Program-made: the position numbers and the translations under genes
Part shown: positions 1 through 10,965 of the stretch, in pieces
How positions within the stretch are numbered: position 1 is the first letter of the stretch
Layout: every line of letters begins with the position of its first letter
The notes under the pieces: generated by a model
Told to the model about the DNA's origin: nothing
What the model saw: only the letters and a program-made list of their open reading frames with translations
The model's database searches: none
Source: Phoronis australis
Taxonomy: Eukaryota; Animalia; Phoronida
Assembly (NCBI GenBank): GCA_002633005.1
Contig: NMRA01000017.1
Span: 1,698,295-1,762,294, forward strand
DNA: 64,000 nucleotides
Direction of reading: 5' to 3'

Positions 1-612
1 GGTGTTATAAATAATGTAAATTTTAGTGACTCTGATTCATGGTGGAGAAAAGTAAATAAACTCCCCTTCAATTGTACAAAAGATACAAAATTGCGTTGGT
101 TTCAATACCGCTTAATTCACAGAATATTGCCAACTAATAGTTATTTACATAAAATTAAAATAAAAACAAGTGATTTATGCTCTTTCTGTGGTGAACACAG
201 TGAAACTTTTCTCCATCTGTTTTGGGAATGTCGTCTTGTCTCCGTTTTCTGGCTCCTGTTTACTGACTGGTTAAAACAAACATATCATGTAAATTTTCAT
301 GTGGACAAGATAGCAGTGTTTTTTGGTTTTTTGGGAAACATTCAGTCGGAAAATTGTAATATTAATTTGCTGATCATGCTAGCAAAAAATTACATATTTA
401 GCCAAAAGTTTGTTAAAAAAATCTTAATTTCCAATTGTTCATAAACTTTATTAAATTACATCCTGAAGGAAATACGGTACTTGTTGAGTAATGATTTAAT
501 GTTATCTTTTGTAAACGATGTATAGTATATTGTTTGATTTGACTTGTAATTATCATGCTAGAGCAAAATAAAAAACTTCAAATGAAAAAAAAAAAGATAA
601 AAAAAAAACAAG
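1..612 (+). mobile_element. 3' end of L1/Tx1-like non-LTR retrotransposon (C-terminal zinc-finger region of ORF2, 3' UTR, A-rich tail)
   Basis: ORF 91-444 reads RWFQYRLIHRILPTN...CSFCGEHSETFLHLFWEC, a typical zf-RVT CxxC..H..C motif. It is followed by an A-rich tail at about 585-612. Confidence 0.8.
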
Positions 613-617
613 CACGC

Positions 618-1198
618 GCTAAGGCCTACATACATATTTATGTAGGCCTGCTACGCTGGCAAATGAACTCAGATGACATGCACGCGCTCGCTCACTCGTC
701 GCACATCTGCAGACTAACTTCAAAACAAACGTCACATGACAACAACATGTGTGTTCGTCCAGGTTTTTCTCGTGTTGTGGGTTGTGATCTAGCACACATT
801 TGGACTCAATCTGCATTTAATCCCGACACCATATGAACTAAGACATTTTAGGGACCCTTTCTGGAAAACTTAAGGAGGATTTCAGGTAATTTGTTGAGTC
901 GAAACTGTATTTTTATTCCAGAATTTAAGTTGCCCTATCGATGATCGCGAGGCAGCGATGCATCAGTCAGCAAGTTTTTGCCCTGGGATTTCAGCACAAT
1001 TTTTTGAAAAAAGATCGTAACTTAACAACGAAATTTGATAGCAATGCACCATAGTGCATAAATTTGATGAATCCTAGCTTCTGATATCACCCATTTCGGA
1101 GACCGGGTTTCAACCGTCTTGGGCTACAATAAGCACCCCTCCTTCCGAAACAAATTTTTCTAAGCACCCTGGGCGCTTATTAGGGGGTCGGAATACAG
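618..1198 (-). mobile_element. Fragment of CCGTA/TA-type MITE family (related to 37235-38730 and 38960-39475)
   Basis: Reverse complement aligns by eye with 37235-37800 and 38975-39430. Ends in ...cggaatacagta. Confidence 0.7.
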
Positions 1199-2413
1199 TA
1201 GCCATAATAGATGGTGACATCAACGCACGAAATGATGATTTTTATTGACATAACCAGCAAGTTTTTGGTGACAGTCACAGGCTTTCAAGCAGTTTTAGGT
1301 AAAAAGCAGGAAAGAAGTAGGACACATTTTTGAAAAAAGTAGGTAGGAAAAAATAGGAACAAGAGCTGGCGTTCAGGAATAGTTTTCATCAATAATTACC
1401 AATGACGTTCACCTCATGTCACAGGCAGTACTCACCATTAGTTGGAGAGCTAGCAGGATTTTATTCACACTTTTGAGTACAAAAGGTTTGACGGAGTAAT
1501 TCTATTGCATGTCATCTACCAATGAAAGAAAGGAGCTTTCGTCGCTGGGGGGTACAAAAGAGGACCCAAAAATCCATTTAATCAAATCCTGAGGTCAACA
1601 TTTGTTTCAAGTTTATTTTATTCAAATCATCACTCAAATTAAAATGATGCAACTTAAGACGCGTAAATGCCTAGGGTTATTAACTAAAGGGCCTACTAAC
1701 TAACAACCAATTAACGATTTATTTAAAATTTTAGGTGCAACAAAAATTCTTTTTCCAAAAGATAGCTTAGACATCATATCCACAGTTTTTTCCTGGGGTT
1801 TGCAGAAAAGATGGGGGTGTTTGGACCCCTGGGATAAGAAGACCCTCAAAAATGAACTAATTAAAGAGCAAATACAAAATTCTTGATTACTACTATGGAT
1901 AAAACATTATTTCAAACGAACAAAAATACGACTATTGACCTGGAAAATTCTTGTGTAATTGATTAAGACACTTGTTAATTAACGGGCAATTAACGATTTA
2001 TTTAAACTTTTAAGTGCAACAAAAAGTCTTTATCGTAATCTATTTTGCCCGGGATACGCCACGAGCTATGTTGCAGAGTAAAACAAGAGGAGCATTGCGA
2101 ATATTGTCATTTATTATGACATGAATAGATTAAACTAACAAAGACTCTGCATTTAATTTTTTCAAAAGATATTTTAATAATTTTGGACACCATATCCCAT
2201 CTTACGATTTTAGCTAAGGTTTGCAGATAAGACTTGGGTGTTTTGACCCGAAGGGATGAGAAGACCCCAAAAATGAAATTGCATAAAAGAGGAAATATGA
2301 CAATTTTAGTTACTAGTATGGATACAACAAATTATTTCAAATACATGTGATGATATGACCAATTTACTCTCACATACAACAAAAACGTATATACCAAGTT
2401 AAGATAAATCTGG

Positions 2414-3741
2414 CAGGGCTCAACACTAACGGTTGCCCGATTGCCCGTGTACATGTAGATTTTGCGTCGGGCAAGTGGAATTTGAAAAGTACTTGCCCGT
2501 TGGGCAAGTTAAAAAGCTAGCCGCATAGGCAAGTAGATCCTAAGATTGTCTGCTCGACATTTGCTCCAAAGTAACGAACCCCGACATAAGCCTAAAAACC
2601 GTCGAAAAAGCCCCTGTGGCCGTCAAAGAAACTCCCGTCTTTGAATGAGCTCAGAAAGGAAAATAGAATGTGTGTGATGCAGCGTGCACAGATGACGCTC
2701 GCGGTCAAATCCTTTCGATTCTCTGAACGTGCCCTGCAGTTTCTGAATAAGTTGTCATGTGATACTACTGATCGTCTGCACTCTGGCAAAACGTCTAAAC
2801 ATTGGTTTAGTTGCAAAAAAACGAGTTCAGGAAGAATCAAAGCAATAATACGAAACAAAAAGAGTGCGGGGATGGGTTCCGTCATGGGAAATTAGGTTTT
2901 CTGGCCTGCGAGACAGTGAACAAGGGATGACATTTGATTTTTGCCGGCGTTTACCCATGTACAGCTGGAAGCAAGGCGTTCGTCAGCGGATGTAAGTCAT
3001 ACAGATAAGCGCAAAAGCTGAAAAGTGAATGATTGACGACCTATTTTGTACACTACACAGCAGTTTAAAAGGCCTGGTATTTATTCAGGGGGAATTTCAA
3101 AGGACATTCTTATGAATTCCCGGCTCCCGGTGGTGACTCCCGAAAGAAGAGGAATACGGTCTTCGGGATTGCCGCTCTGAAGTCTGGTCTATCTATTTTT
3201 CAAAAATGTAATTATTTATTGAAAATAAAAGTATATGTGGCATTATTATATGTTAAAATTTGATTTTAATTTAATACAAGCTACCGTTGACCAAAACTGT
3301 GCAAGATTTTTACGGATAGCAAAAAGTGAAATTCAGGTTAGCAACAACTCAAGTTTAATGCATGAGGGCGTATAAACTAATGAATACACAGAAGTGTCTA
3401 GAGTTCAGGCCCTAGCTCATTTCGGCGCCTGTGAACATGTGACAATGGTTCAGATACCATAGTTACTCTTCTAATTTGTCTCTCTAGTGTTTTGACACAC
3501 CTTATAAATAAATGTTCTATAAGAAGAATCGTTAAAAAATAGCAACTCGTGTATATAGCGTGCACAACACAAGAGGAGGCTCAGCACAGGCAGCCCTACA
3601 GTAACACATTACCTAGGTGTGCACGTGCACGGTGCTATTTGGGATTGTACTTGGGGCAAGTGAATTCGTTGTTCGGGCAAGTAAAAATTTCAACTACTTG
3701 CCCATTGGGCAAGTGGCTTAAAAAGTTAATGCTGAGCCGTG
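2414..3741. mobile_element. Non-autonomous hAT-like element with 5-bp TSD (inner layer of nest)
   Basis: Termini CAGGGCTCAAC...GCTGAGCCGTG. TSD TCTGG at 2409-2413 and 3742-3746. TTGCCC/GGGCAA subterminal repeats. Confidence 0.75.
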
Positions 3742-3899
3742 TCTGGGGTAACTAAATAAGCTGGCTTCAAATTAAATCTGAAGCATATCTAGTACCAACA
3801 ATTGTGATGCATGACACAGTGAAATACTGTTCCACTCCATGCTTTTAAGTTTGTCAAATGGATGCTTAGTGTTGACTCTCGTTTGTAGGTTTTGTCAAC

Positions 3900-4295
3900 T
3901 GTGTTGAGCCGGTGCTTGTTGAGTGGGACAAGTTTCCCTGCTCTGTAAAACACAAACACGGCTCACTGAAGCAAAAGCTTTGCCACGATTATATATGGTC
4001 TGTTCTTTCCTTTCCATACAAATGCACAGGTATAGTCATATCCACTGAACGTGTGTAGGACGAGGAGTGCAGCACACATAGCTTGGCCAATCACAGTACC
4101 AATCTTAGTAACATTCAAATAATGCAGATTGACTTGTTTTATAGTCCCAACCTCCACCCATACCGTGGATGTAACTCAATGGTGTAGGAGCAAAACTAGA
4201 ATGTCGTTGTCAGAAGCTCTTATGACCATGCCCCAAGGTGTGGACTTGTCAGCCTCAATCATATGAAGGATGACTCTGGTGTTGGATTCCAATTA
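3900..4295 (-). pseudogene. XPG/FEN1-like nuclease relic of Academ transposase
   Basis: Minus strand encodes TRVILHMIEAD...VIRASDNDILVLLL then LHTFSGYDYTCAFVWKGK, matching the DTDV / GCDxTSAF.GKGK motifs. Disrupted. Confidence 0.65.
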
Positions 4296-5599
4296 CAATT
4301 TAGAGATGGAACTGATTCTGTGCATACTTCTCAATCTTCAACGAAGTACCAAGTACACTCTCCCATGCACCCCGAAATACACTTCCCTTCCATCAAGAAG
4401 TGGACTGTAGAAGACGGGAAGGTCTCGTTTCAACGACTCCCTCTCAAAATGTTTCGTGAAGCTTGAGTCTCTTTTCTACTAACCCCAGGAAAAATTGCGT
4501 ATTCAGATGTGGATATGGTGTCCAAGATTGCTAAACTATCTTCTGGGAAAAGTTTTTGTTGCACTTGAAAGTTTCAATAAATCATTAATTGGTAGTTAAT
4601 TGATAAGTGTCTTAATTAATAACCAGGATTTTTTAAGTTGTATTTTTGTTCATTTCAAATATTTTATCCACAGCAGAAATCAGTTCATTTTTGGGGATCT
4701 TGTTATCGAAACACCCCGTCTTATTTGCAAAACCCATGAAAATCGCACCTTAAGATGTGGATATGGTGTTCAGAGTTACTAAACTATCTTTTGGAAAAAG
4801 TTTTTGTTACACTTATAAGTTTAAATAAATCGTTAAGTGGTCATTAATTAGTAGGCCACTTAATAACAGCCGTCTTAAGTTGCATCACTTTAATTTGAGT
4901 GGTGAATGAAATAAAATGTCAACTGAAGCATGTTCCACTTGAAATTTCAATTAAATGGATTATTGGGTCCTCTTTTGGACCCCCCTCCCAGGGACCAAAG
5001 CCCAGAATTGAGATGCCCCTCTCCTTCAATGGTAGGTGATTTACAATATAATTGCACACTTAAAAGTGTGAATAAAGTCCTGCAGGCTCTCCAACTACAT
5101 AGTCTTTTGGTAGCCTCGTCTTTGTTGGAGATCCTTCATGTGCTACTTCTGATAAGCTTAAAACGACTACTCACTTCTCCAAAAACATAACTTAGATTGA
5201 AAGTCTAGAGCAATGAGAAAAAAAGTAGGAAAAGTAGGAAATATTAGGAATTTCAGAAAAAAAGTAGGATAAAGTAGGAACAGGCCAAAAAAGTAGGAAA
5301 AAGTAGGAAAAGTAGGAACGCTCGAAAGCCTTCAGTCATTACAGTTCAGTTGATACATAATATGACTTCTTTGAGAATTACCCAATGGTGTTTTTAGTCT
5401 ACAAAATGACAAAAGTCTGTTTACGTGTTTTAAGATTTTTACAAGTTGCAAACATAGAACAATAGCTCCAAGCATTCTCTTAACCTGCCTCTCAACTACA
5501 CCTGTTTCTTCCCCCTCAAAATGCATTTTGACGGGTACCTGTACTGTCTGTTCTCTACCTGTGTCGCCTGTTTGAGTATGTGTACTGTTTCCTTAAGAA

Positions 5600-6104
5600 A
5601 TAAACCTAAATGTTGGATAAATATGTTATTTACTTACGTGCTAATTTTAAAGTTCGTGCTGCCATAGACAAACATTTGGGCATACAGAGGAAAACGTACA
5701 AAACTAAAATTGCCATAAGGGGGCAAACCAGTAGTCCGATCTGTCCAAAAGCAGACCTGAAAACAGCAAATAAAATGGCCACTAGGAGGTGCAAAGTACC
5801 TCAAATCCGTCCGAAAACGGGAGGATGGCATCATCTCAATAATAGATGCCTAATTGCCAAATTTTAAGAAAATCCGACGATACAGAGATAAACGAAAAAA
5901 AAATCCACTAAAGGGCACACTAAATAGTAATCGGAGAGGTACGAAATTTGTCATCTGTCATCAGCTTCATAGGAACACATCTGCCAAATCTCATCAAGAT
6001 CCTGAGAGGGTTTTAGGAGATATAGCTGCGGATGCCGGATGCCTGGACGCCCAGACAGAGATGACGACAATATGCGACCACATATAAATATGAGGGTGCA
6101 TAAA
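5600..6104 (-). mobile_element. Helentron/HINE-type element family A, partial
   Basis: Degenerate family A 5' end (ttttatgcaccc...atatttatatgtgg) at about 6104, plus core monomers with GGCCACTAGGAGGTGC. Confidence 0.6.
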
Positions 6105-6502
6105 AATTAGCTAAGTTATGAAAACAAGACAGCACAAGAAAAGCCAGTCAGTGTTCCCACAAATCCATGAATGCAGTGAAACATTAAGGAACATAACTGA
6201 GTCCCTATTTAGGACTGTTTCATGCAACTGGGCATAAGTCTCTTAAACCCCCACCTGGAACTCATTTCCCCTATTTGCTAATGGTATCCAATATTACATC
6301 ACAATAGTAATTGCTCCCCTTAACGTCAGAATGTTGTTTGTAGACATCTTTTAAGCATGCCATCAAAAGTAATAAAAGATTCAGATCTGGGAAATGGTGT
6401 GAAGGCTGCGCAATCTTGCTGCATCCACATGCCACACTGAGCCAAATTTGGAATGACGAAATTTATAAGCATGTTGACACACAGACAATCACTCGCTCGC
6501 TC

Positions 6503-6575
6503 GCACACTCACACCCAGACACACACCCAGACACACAGGCACACACACACACAGGCACACACGCACACACACACC
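6503..6575. repeat. Imperfect (CA)n microsatellite
   Basis: cacactcacacccagacacacacccagacacacaggcacacacacac... seen directly. Confidence 0.9.
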
Positions 6576-6835
6576 TGTAAATGTGTTCCATAATTCTGGA
6601 ACAACCAGTACACATACTTTATGTCTTGGTAACGTGCATCCTAATCAAAATCAATGGGGTTTCATAGCGTATGCTTTCTATAAGTTTGGTGTAGATTAGT
6701 TACTAGCAAATCAGCTGCAAAACATTCAACATTCCATTTAACAAAGCACTTATTGACCAGAAAACCGAGTGAAACCAGTTAGCCAACGTGCCTGAAAATG
6801 GACCAGCTAATCCTAAAACGCAAAAAATGATTTAC

Positions 6836-7008
6836 CTTTCCAACAGTATCAACAAGAAGCTTCAGTGCTTTCTCATCATGGACGAGTGAATCAGTGTAGA
6901 ACTTGCCTAAATAGTTCCGTGGGTTCACTTTGTTATTGATGGCACATAAATCTGGTCGTACATTGAATCCATGCTCAATTCTGCCTATGGTAAATGGAAA
7001 TGCCCCAC
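6836..7008 (-). CDS. ACMSD: ACMSD coding exon 8 (GAFPFTIGRIEHGF...YTDSLVHDEKALKLLVDTVGK)
   Basis: Strong similarity to known ACMSD. AG acceptor and GT donor present; phase consistent with exon 7. Confidence 0.95.
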
Positions 7009-7027
7009 CTGTTGCAAACATAATTAA

Positions 7028-7326
7028 AGGTGAAACCTACTACATTTAGAACTGTTATCTTAAAACAAAAAAATCTTGCCTCAGAGGTGAAATTTTCACT
7101 TTTTGATTTGACGCAAGGATATAAAATTCATTGCAAAAGAATTTTTACAATATAATTGTAATTTGAGATATGAGCTCAAAATTTGATTCATAATAAAAAA
7201 CATAAAAAAATAGATCACAAAACACTCAACATATCAGCATATCTCTTAGACATATAGTAAAACTGCCAATCAGTAGTTGAAAAGAATTCCAGTCCAAAAA
7301 CTAGTAAGATGTAGTCATTTCCACCT
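7028..7326. mobile_element. Small Kolobok-like/TTAA MITE filling most of ACMSD intron 7
   Basis: TTAA|AGGTGAAACCTACTACAT ... ATGTAGTCATTTCCACCT imperfect TIR. Right TSD degenerate (ttgt). Confidence 0.5.
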
Positions 7327-7418
7327 TTGTAATCCAAAAAGCTTTACCCATTAAGCTGGTGAAGTAGTCAATTTCAATTACAATACGCAAAGACGAACTA
7401 ATGCAAAATTCACTCTAC

Positions 7419-7514
7419 CTCCATGTGCAAAACAGACCCGTAGCTTGGGAAATTTTTCAAACACGCCTCCAAAGATCATACAACAGAGGGCAGTAGCGGT
7501 TTCAGCTGGCATCC
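7419..7514 (-). CDS. ACMSD: ACMSD coding exon 7 (GMPAETATALCCMIFGGVFEKFPKLRVCFAHG)
   Basis: Matches ACMSD including the AHGGG catalytic His. Canonical splice sites. Confidence 0.95.
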
Positions 7515-7801
7515 CTGTAACACAACAAGGTCCCACAACAACATAAACAAAATAACATTTTGAGCTCACTTTAGTTGCATTTACCAAATCTGTGTATTCT
7601 GGTGATGGTAAATTCTGCATTACAATCATGAATTGGAATCTTACTCAAAGCAATGAACACACATACCCACTTAGTTATTATTGTGGGTAGTAAAAATTTT
7701 TTGAAAATGTTGACTGAGCAACATGTTTTATGACGAATAATTCAAGCCAGAAACAGGACAACTGAATTACACTCACTTTTGAAACTGATGGCAGCATTCC
7801 A

Positions 7802-8782
7802 CCGTAAACTCGCCGGTTAATGCCAATGCCCAGGTAATCGCCCATCCCCGACTTTTGGTCAATTTTCGGTTTAAGCGCCCATTGCTGGTATAATTGCCCA
7901 TCCCCTACTTTGTGCTAAGTTCGACGTAAATGCCCACCTTTTGGGTAATCGCCCATCCTCGACTTACACCTTACAGAACTTACGCTTGAACCCATGCTTT
8001 TGGTCACAGCTTCGTCTCAGACTTTCATGTTTGTGGAAACACGGCATGCTTAAACCTGCGTACAATTGTCTCAAAAAGTACGTTTTTCACCCGACATTTG
8101 TGGAATAATTCAAGCGCAGCAAACATCTTTTTTAAACGTATCAACTGATCTAAAAAACATTTGAGAATTGTTTCGGTAACACCGATATGTCACTCACTGA
8201 GTCGCCAGGTGAGTGGACACGTAACCGTAGTGTAACAGCTATTTTCCGGAAGATTCGGGGTGTAAGGGTGTGAATGTGTTCACTATCAGTGGGTCATTTT
8301 GATTGAAAAAAACACCAATTATGATTAGTTAAATGATTTCTTTTAAAAACAATGCAAGTTTTTTACGGTATTAGAAACTTTTGGAAATTAGTGCCAATAT
8401 TTATCTCTTGATGATGCTATGTAACCTGTTTCATGAATAGATAGTTCCAGACTAAATGTCTTCGATGACAGCCGGTATATTACGCAGCGTGCGCTTCGTG
8501 GCCGCGTGCCAACACTGATAGATTTTTTATTAATCTTCGATTCACGGTTTTCACGTGTACAAAGAACTTCGGATTCCTGTTGAGGCCGTAGAAGATCTGT
8601 ACCGGAAAGAAACAATGCAATCCCATTCCACATACGTTAATCAATCCCAATAGCCTCTGCGCACCCCAATTTCTGGACATGCGCAATCGTTAAATCGATT
8701 CGGTTGCAACTCCGCTATTACCCATCCCCATCTCAGGGTTTCACAACTTAAGCGCCCAGGGTGTTAACCCGCGAGTTTACGG
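7802..8782. mobile_element. CCGTA-type MITE (Tc1/mariner-pogo-like, TA target)
   Basis: TIR CCGTAAACTCGC...GCGAGTTTACGG|TA, with TAATCGCCCA subterminal repeats. Confidence 0.75.
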
Positions 8783-9504
8783 TATTATGTTAGGACACCA
8801 GTTATTTTTCTTCCTCTTCCGGATTTTGACAAGGACTGGTTTGTATGCTCAGTTCTTCAATACATCAAACTCATGACCTTTAATTTCCATATATCACCGA
8901 GCATTATTAAGCAAAAATAGTGTTCTCCCATCTCATTTTTGTACTTACTTAATCTAAACAGTTAATCCATACAAAAATTTTGGAAAAAGAACCAAATCTA
9001 CACCATAAAATTGAAAAATGGCACACATCTCAGCCACACGTCTCCACTATCCACGTTACATTGACTACTCGGGAACTGAAGTATAATTGAATGTAAATTG
9101 CAATCCTGTTAACTTATGCTGCTTGAAAATATGGGACAAGTCACTACAGACTGTAAACTTGGCTTCTTCTCCATTTGCCCTGTTTAGTTTGCTAAAAATG
9201 AAAACTGAATTATGCCTTTTACACTTAGTGCAATTGGTCTACAACTTTTCATAATGGGAGTAAGATTCTTTTGATTACAAAAGAAGGTTAGAGAGTTGAA
9301 ACCTTTCACGACTCTAGAAATTGCTTAGACGTTTATTGGGGTTAGCTAAGCCTAAAATTGTGACTGATGCATGAATACATGTGACTTGAGTTGCCAGCTC
9401 TTTGGTCATGGTAATGTTTTCAAACTCTGAAACACTTCGGTTTAGAATTCAATATTGACAGCATAATAGGACAAAGTTGAAATTGTTTGGAGGCCTGTAT
9501 TTAC

Positions 9505-9598
9505 CAACAAGCCAGGGTAACCAATAGTTCTTCATGCGACCATCTAACTGCATATCCCACGGGTGGACAAATATAGCACAATCTAACTCCTCGGCAGC
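9505..9598 (-). CDS. ACMSD: ACMSD coding exon 6 (AAEELDCAIFVHPWDMQLDGRMKNYWLPWLV)
   Basis: Translated manually. Contains the VHPWDM metal-ligand motif; AG/GT boundaries. Confidence 0.95.
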
Positions 9599-9627
9599 CT
9601 AAAACAGACAACAAATTATCAAACTTG

Positions 9628-10222
9628 AAACAACACCAACACGGAGCATTGAAATGTACCCACAAATGCACCGCAAACGGTGTGCTTCTATTGCTGTTCA
9701 TTTGGAACATAAAAATGGCCACAGGATGATGCAAAATACGACAAATTCATCTGAAAACTGGTATGTGTCATCAAAGCTATTTACCAAATTTCATTAAAAG
9801 CCATCGAGGAATTTCTGAGAAACCGAGGAAAATGCAACTAGGAGGCTATAGGCGCAAAAAAACGCAACTGTCACTAAAAAGCACCACAGTAGATTAAGTC
9901 ATCGCAAAATCATCGTCAGACTTCCTCTTCATATTAGGAAGATAGATGCCAATTTCCACAGCCATCCTTAGAGTGGCTTGGTTATCACAGGGGTAGACAG
10001 CAAATAACAAGACTCGAAAACACTAAAAATGCCCAACCGAAAACCTGAGGATAGCATCAGCTCACAAATAGATGCCTGTCTGCCAAATTTTATGAAAATC
10101 TGTTGACGACCTCTGAAGACGCAGAGGTGAACGTAAAAAACCAAAAATTACCACTGGGGGACACACCGGTAGTCCAACTTTTCAATAATGCGTCCACATA
10201 TAAATATGTGGGCGCATAAAAA
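9628..10222 (-). mobile_element. Helentron/HINE-type element family A, short complete copy
   Basis: 5' TTTTTATGCGCCCACATATTTATATGTGGACGCAT hairpin. 3' subTIR plus palindrome near 9640. No TSD. Confidence 0.7.
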
Positions 10223-10539
10223 TGTTTTTAAATACAATGCCTATATACAGCTCAATGCCCTACCCGATGACTGAGTTTCACAATTCAAATGCTTCAGACG
10301 ATAACTTAGATGGATATTTGTACTTTTCGACTCAAATTCACACGTTTTAACAAACATGCAATATCGAGACTTATTCCCAGACAATTGCCATCTAACTTCA
10401 GTTTGTTCAGTTACTTCAGAAAATTCTGTGGTCTGACAGTAAATATATTTAAAACTTAAAAACACTAATAAAAGTAAAGCAATAGAAACCCTACGAACGT
10501 GTAATTGTCAGACTGCTTACACACAATGCAAAAACTCAC

Positions 10540-10616
10540 AGCAAATACTGGTTGCAGTTCAGGAGCATCCAAGTTCCAGTCATTGATATGAGAGCCTATT
10601 TGTATTCCAGGAAAAC
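10540..10616 (-). CDS. ACMSD: ACMSD coding exon 5 (GFPGIQIGSHINDWNLDAPELQPVFA)
   Basis: Translated manually. Canonical splice sites; phase matches neighbouring exons. Confidence 0.95.
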
Positions 10617-10789
10617 CTGTGCAAAAGTAATTGCATATTTAGTTAATTAGTTCGAGTGATAAGCAACAGCTTCATTGACAAGACAGATATTATGTACAGA
10701 AATATTGCAAACTGATACAAGTATAACACCAGACAATAGGGCTGCCCTGGACTACACTGCGATAGAACTCTTCTGTCCAGGAGATAAGA

Positions 10790-10965
10790 AAGCGCATGAC
10801 ACAGTTTTGGAAATCAGGCACATTTTTGTGTCTCTCATTGATGTTGGGAAGGGGAAGAATTTGAGATCATGCATCTACGGGTATTTCACATCCAGTTTAT
10901 TTAACTTTTTCACGCTGGAGTTGCAGCCCACAGCACAGCAGCGATACTTCGAAAGCATTGGAAGG
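10790..10965 (-). pseudogene. THAP zinc-finger relic (transposon-derived)
   Basis: MLSKYRCCAVGCNSS...*MHDLKFFPFP resembles a THAP N-terminus. In-frame stop. Confidence 0.5.

Larger units (their letters stand above)
1439..5097 (-). mobile_element. Academ-like DNA transposon, decayed, with long TIRs and 3-bp TSD
   Basis: Left end TAGTTGGAGAGCTAGCAGGATTTTATTCACAC and right end GTGTGAATAAAGTCCTGCAGGCTCTCCAACTA are inverted repeats extending several hundred bp. TSD CAT at 1436-1438 and 5098-5100. Internal XPG-like relic. Confidence 0.75.
1278..5332. mobile_element. Non-autonomous hAT-like element with 6-bp TSD (outer layer of nest)
   Basis: Termini CAGGCTTTC...GAAAGCCTT. Direct repeat CAGTCA at 1272-1277 and 5333-5338. 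AAAAGTAGG subterminal repeats in both halves. Confidence 0.7.

Noticed and set aside
5332-6508. Candidates for the missing ACMSD terminal exon (for example TPFPRS at ~6390, DVILD at ~6300)
   Set aside because: No DYPFPLGE-like motif; stops in frame; no convincing splice context.
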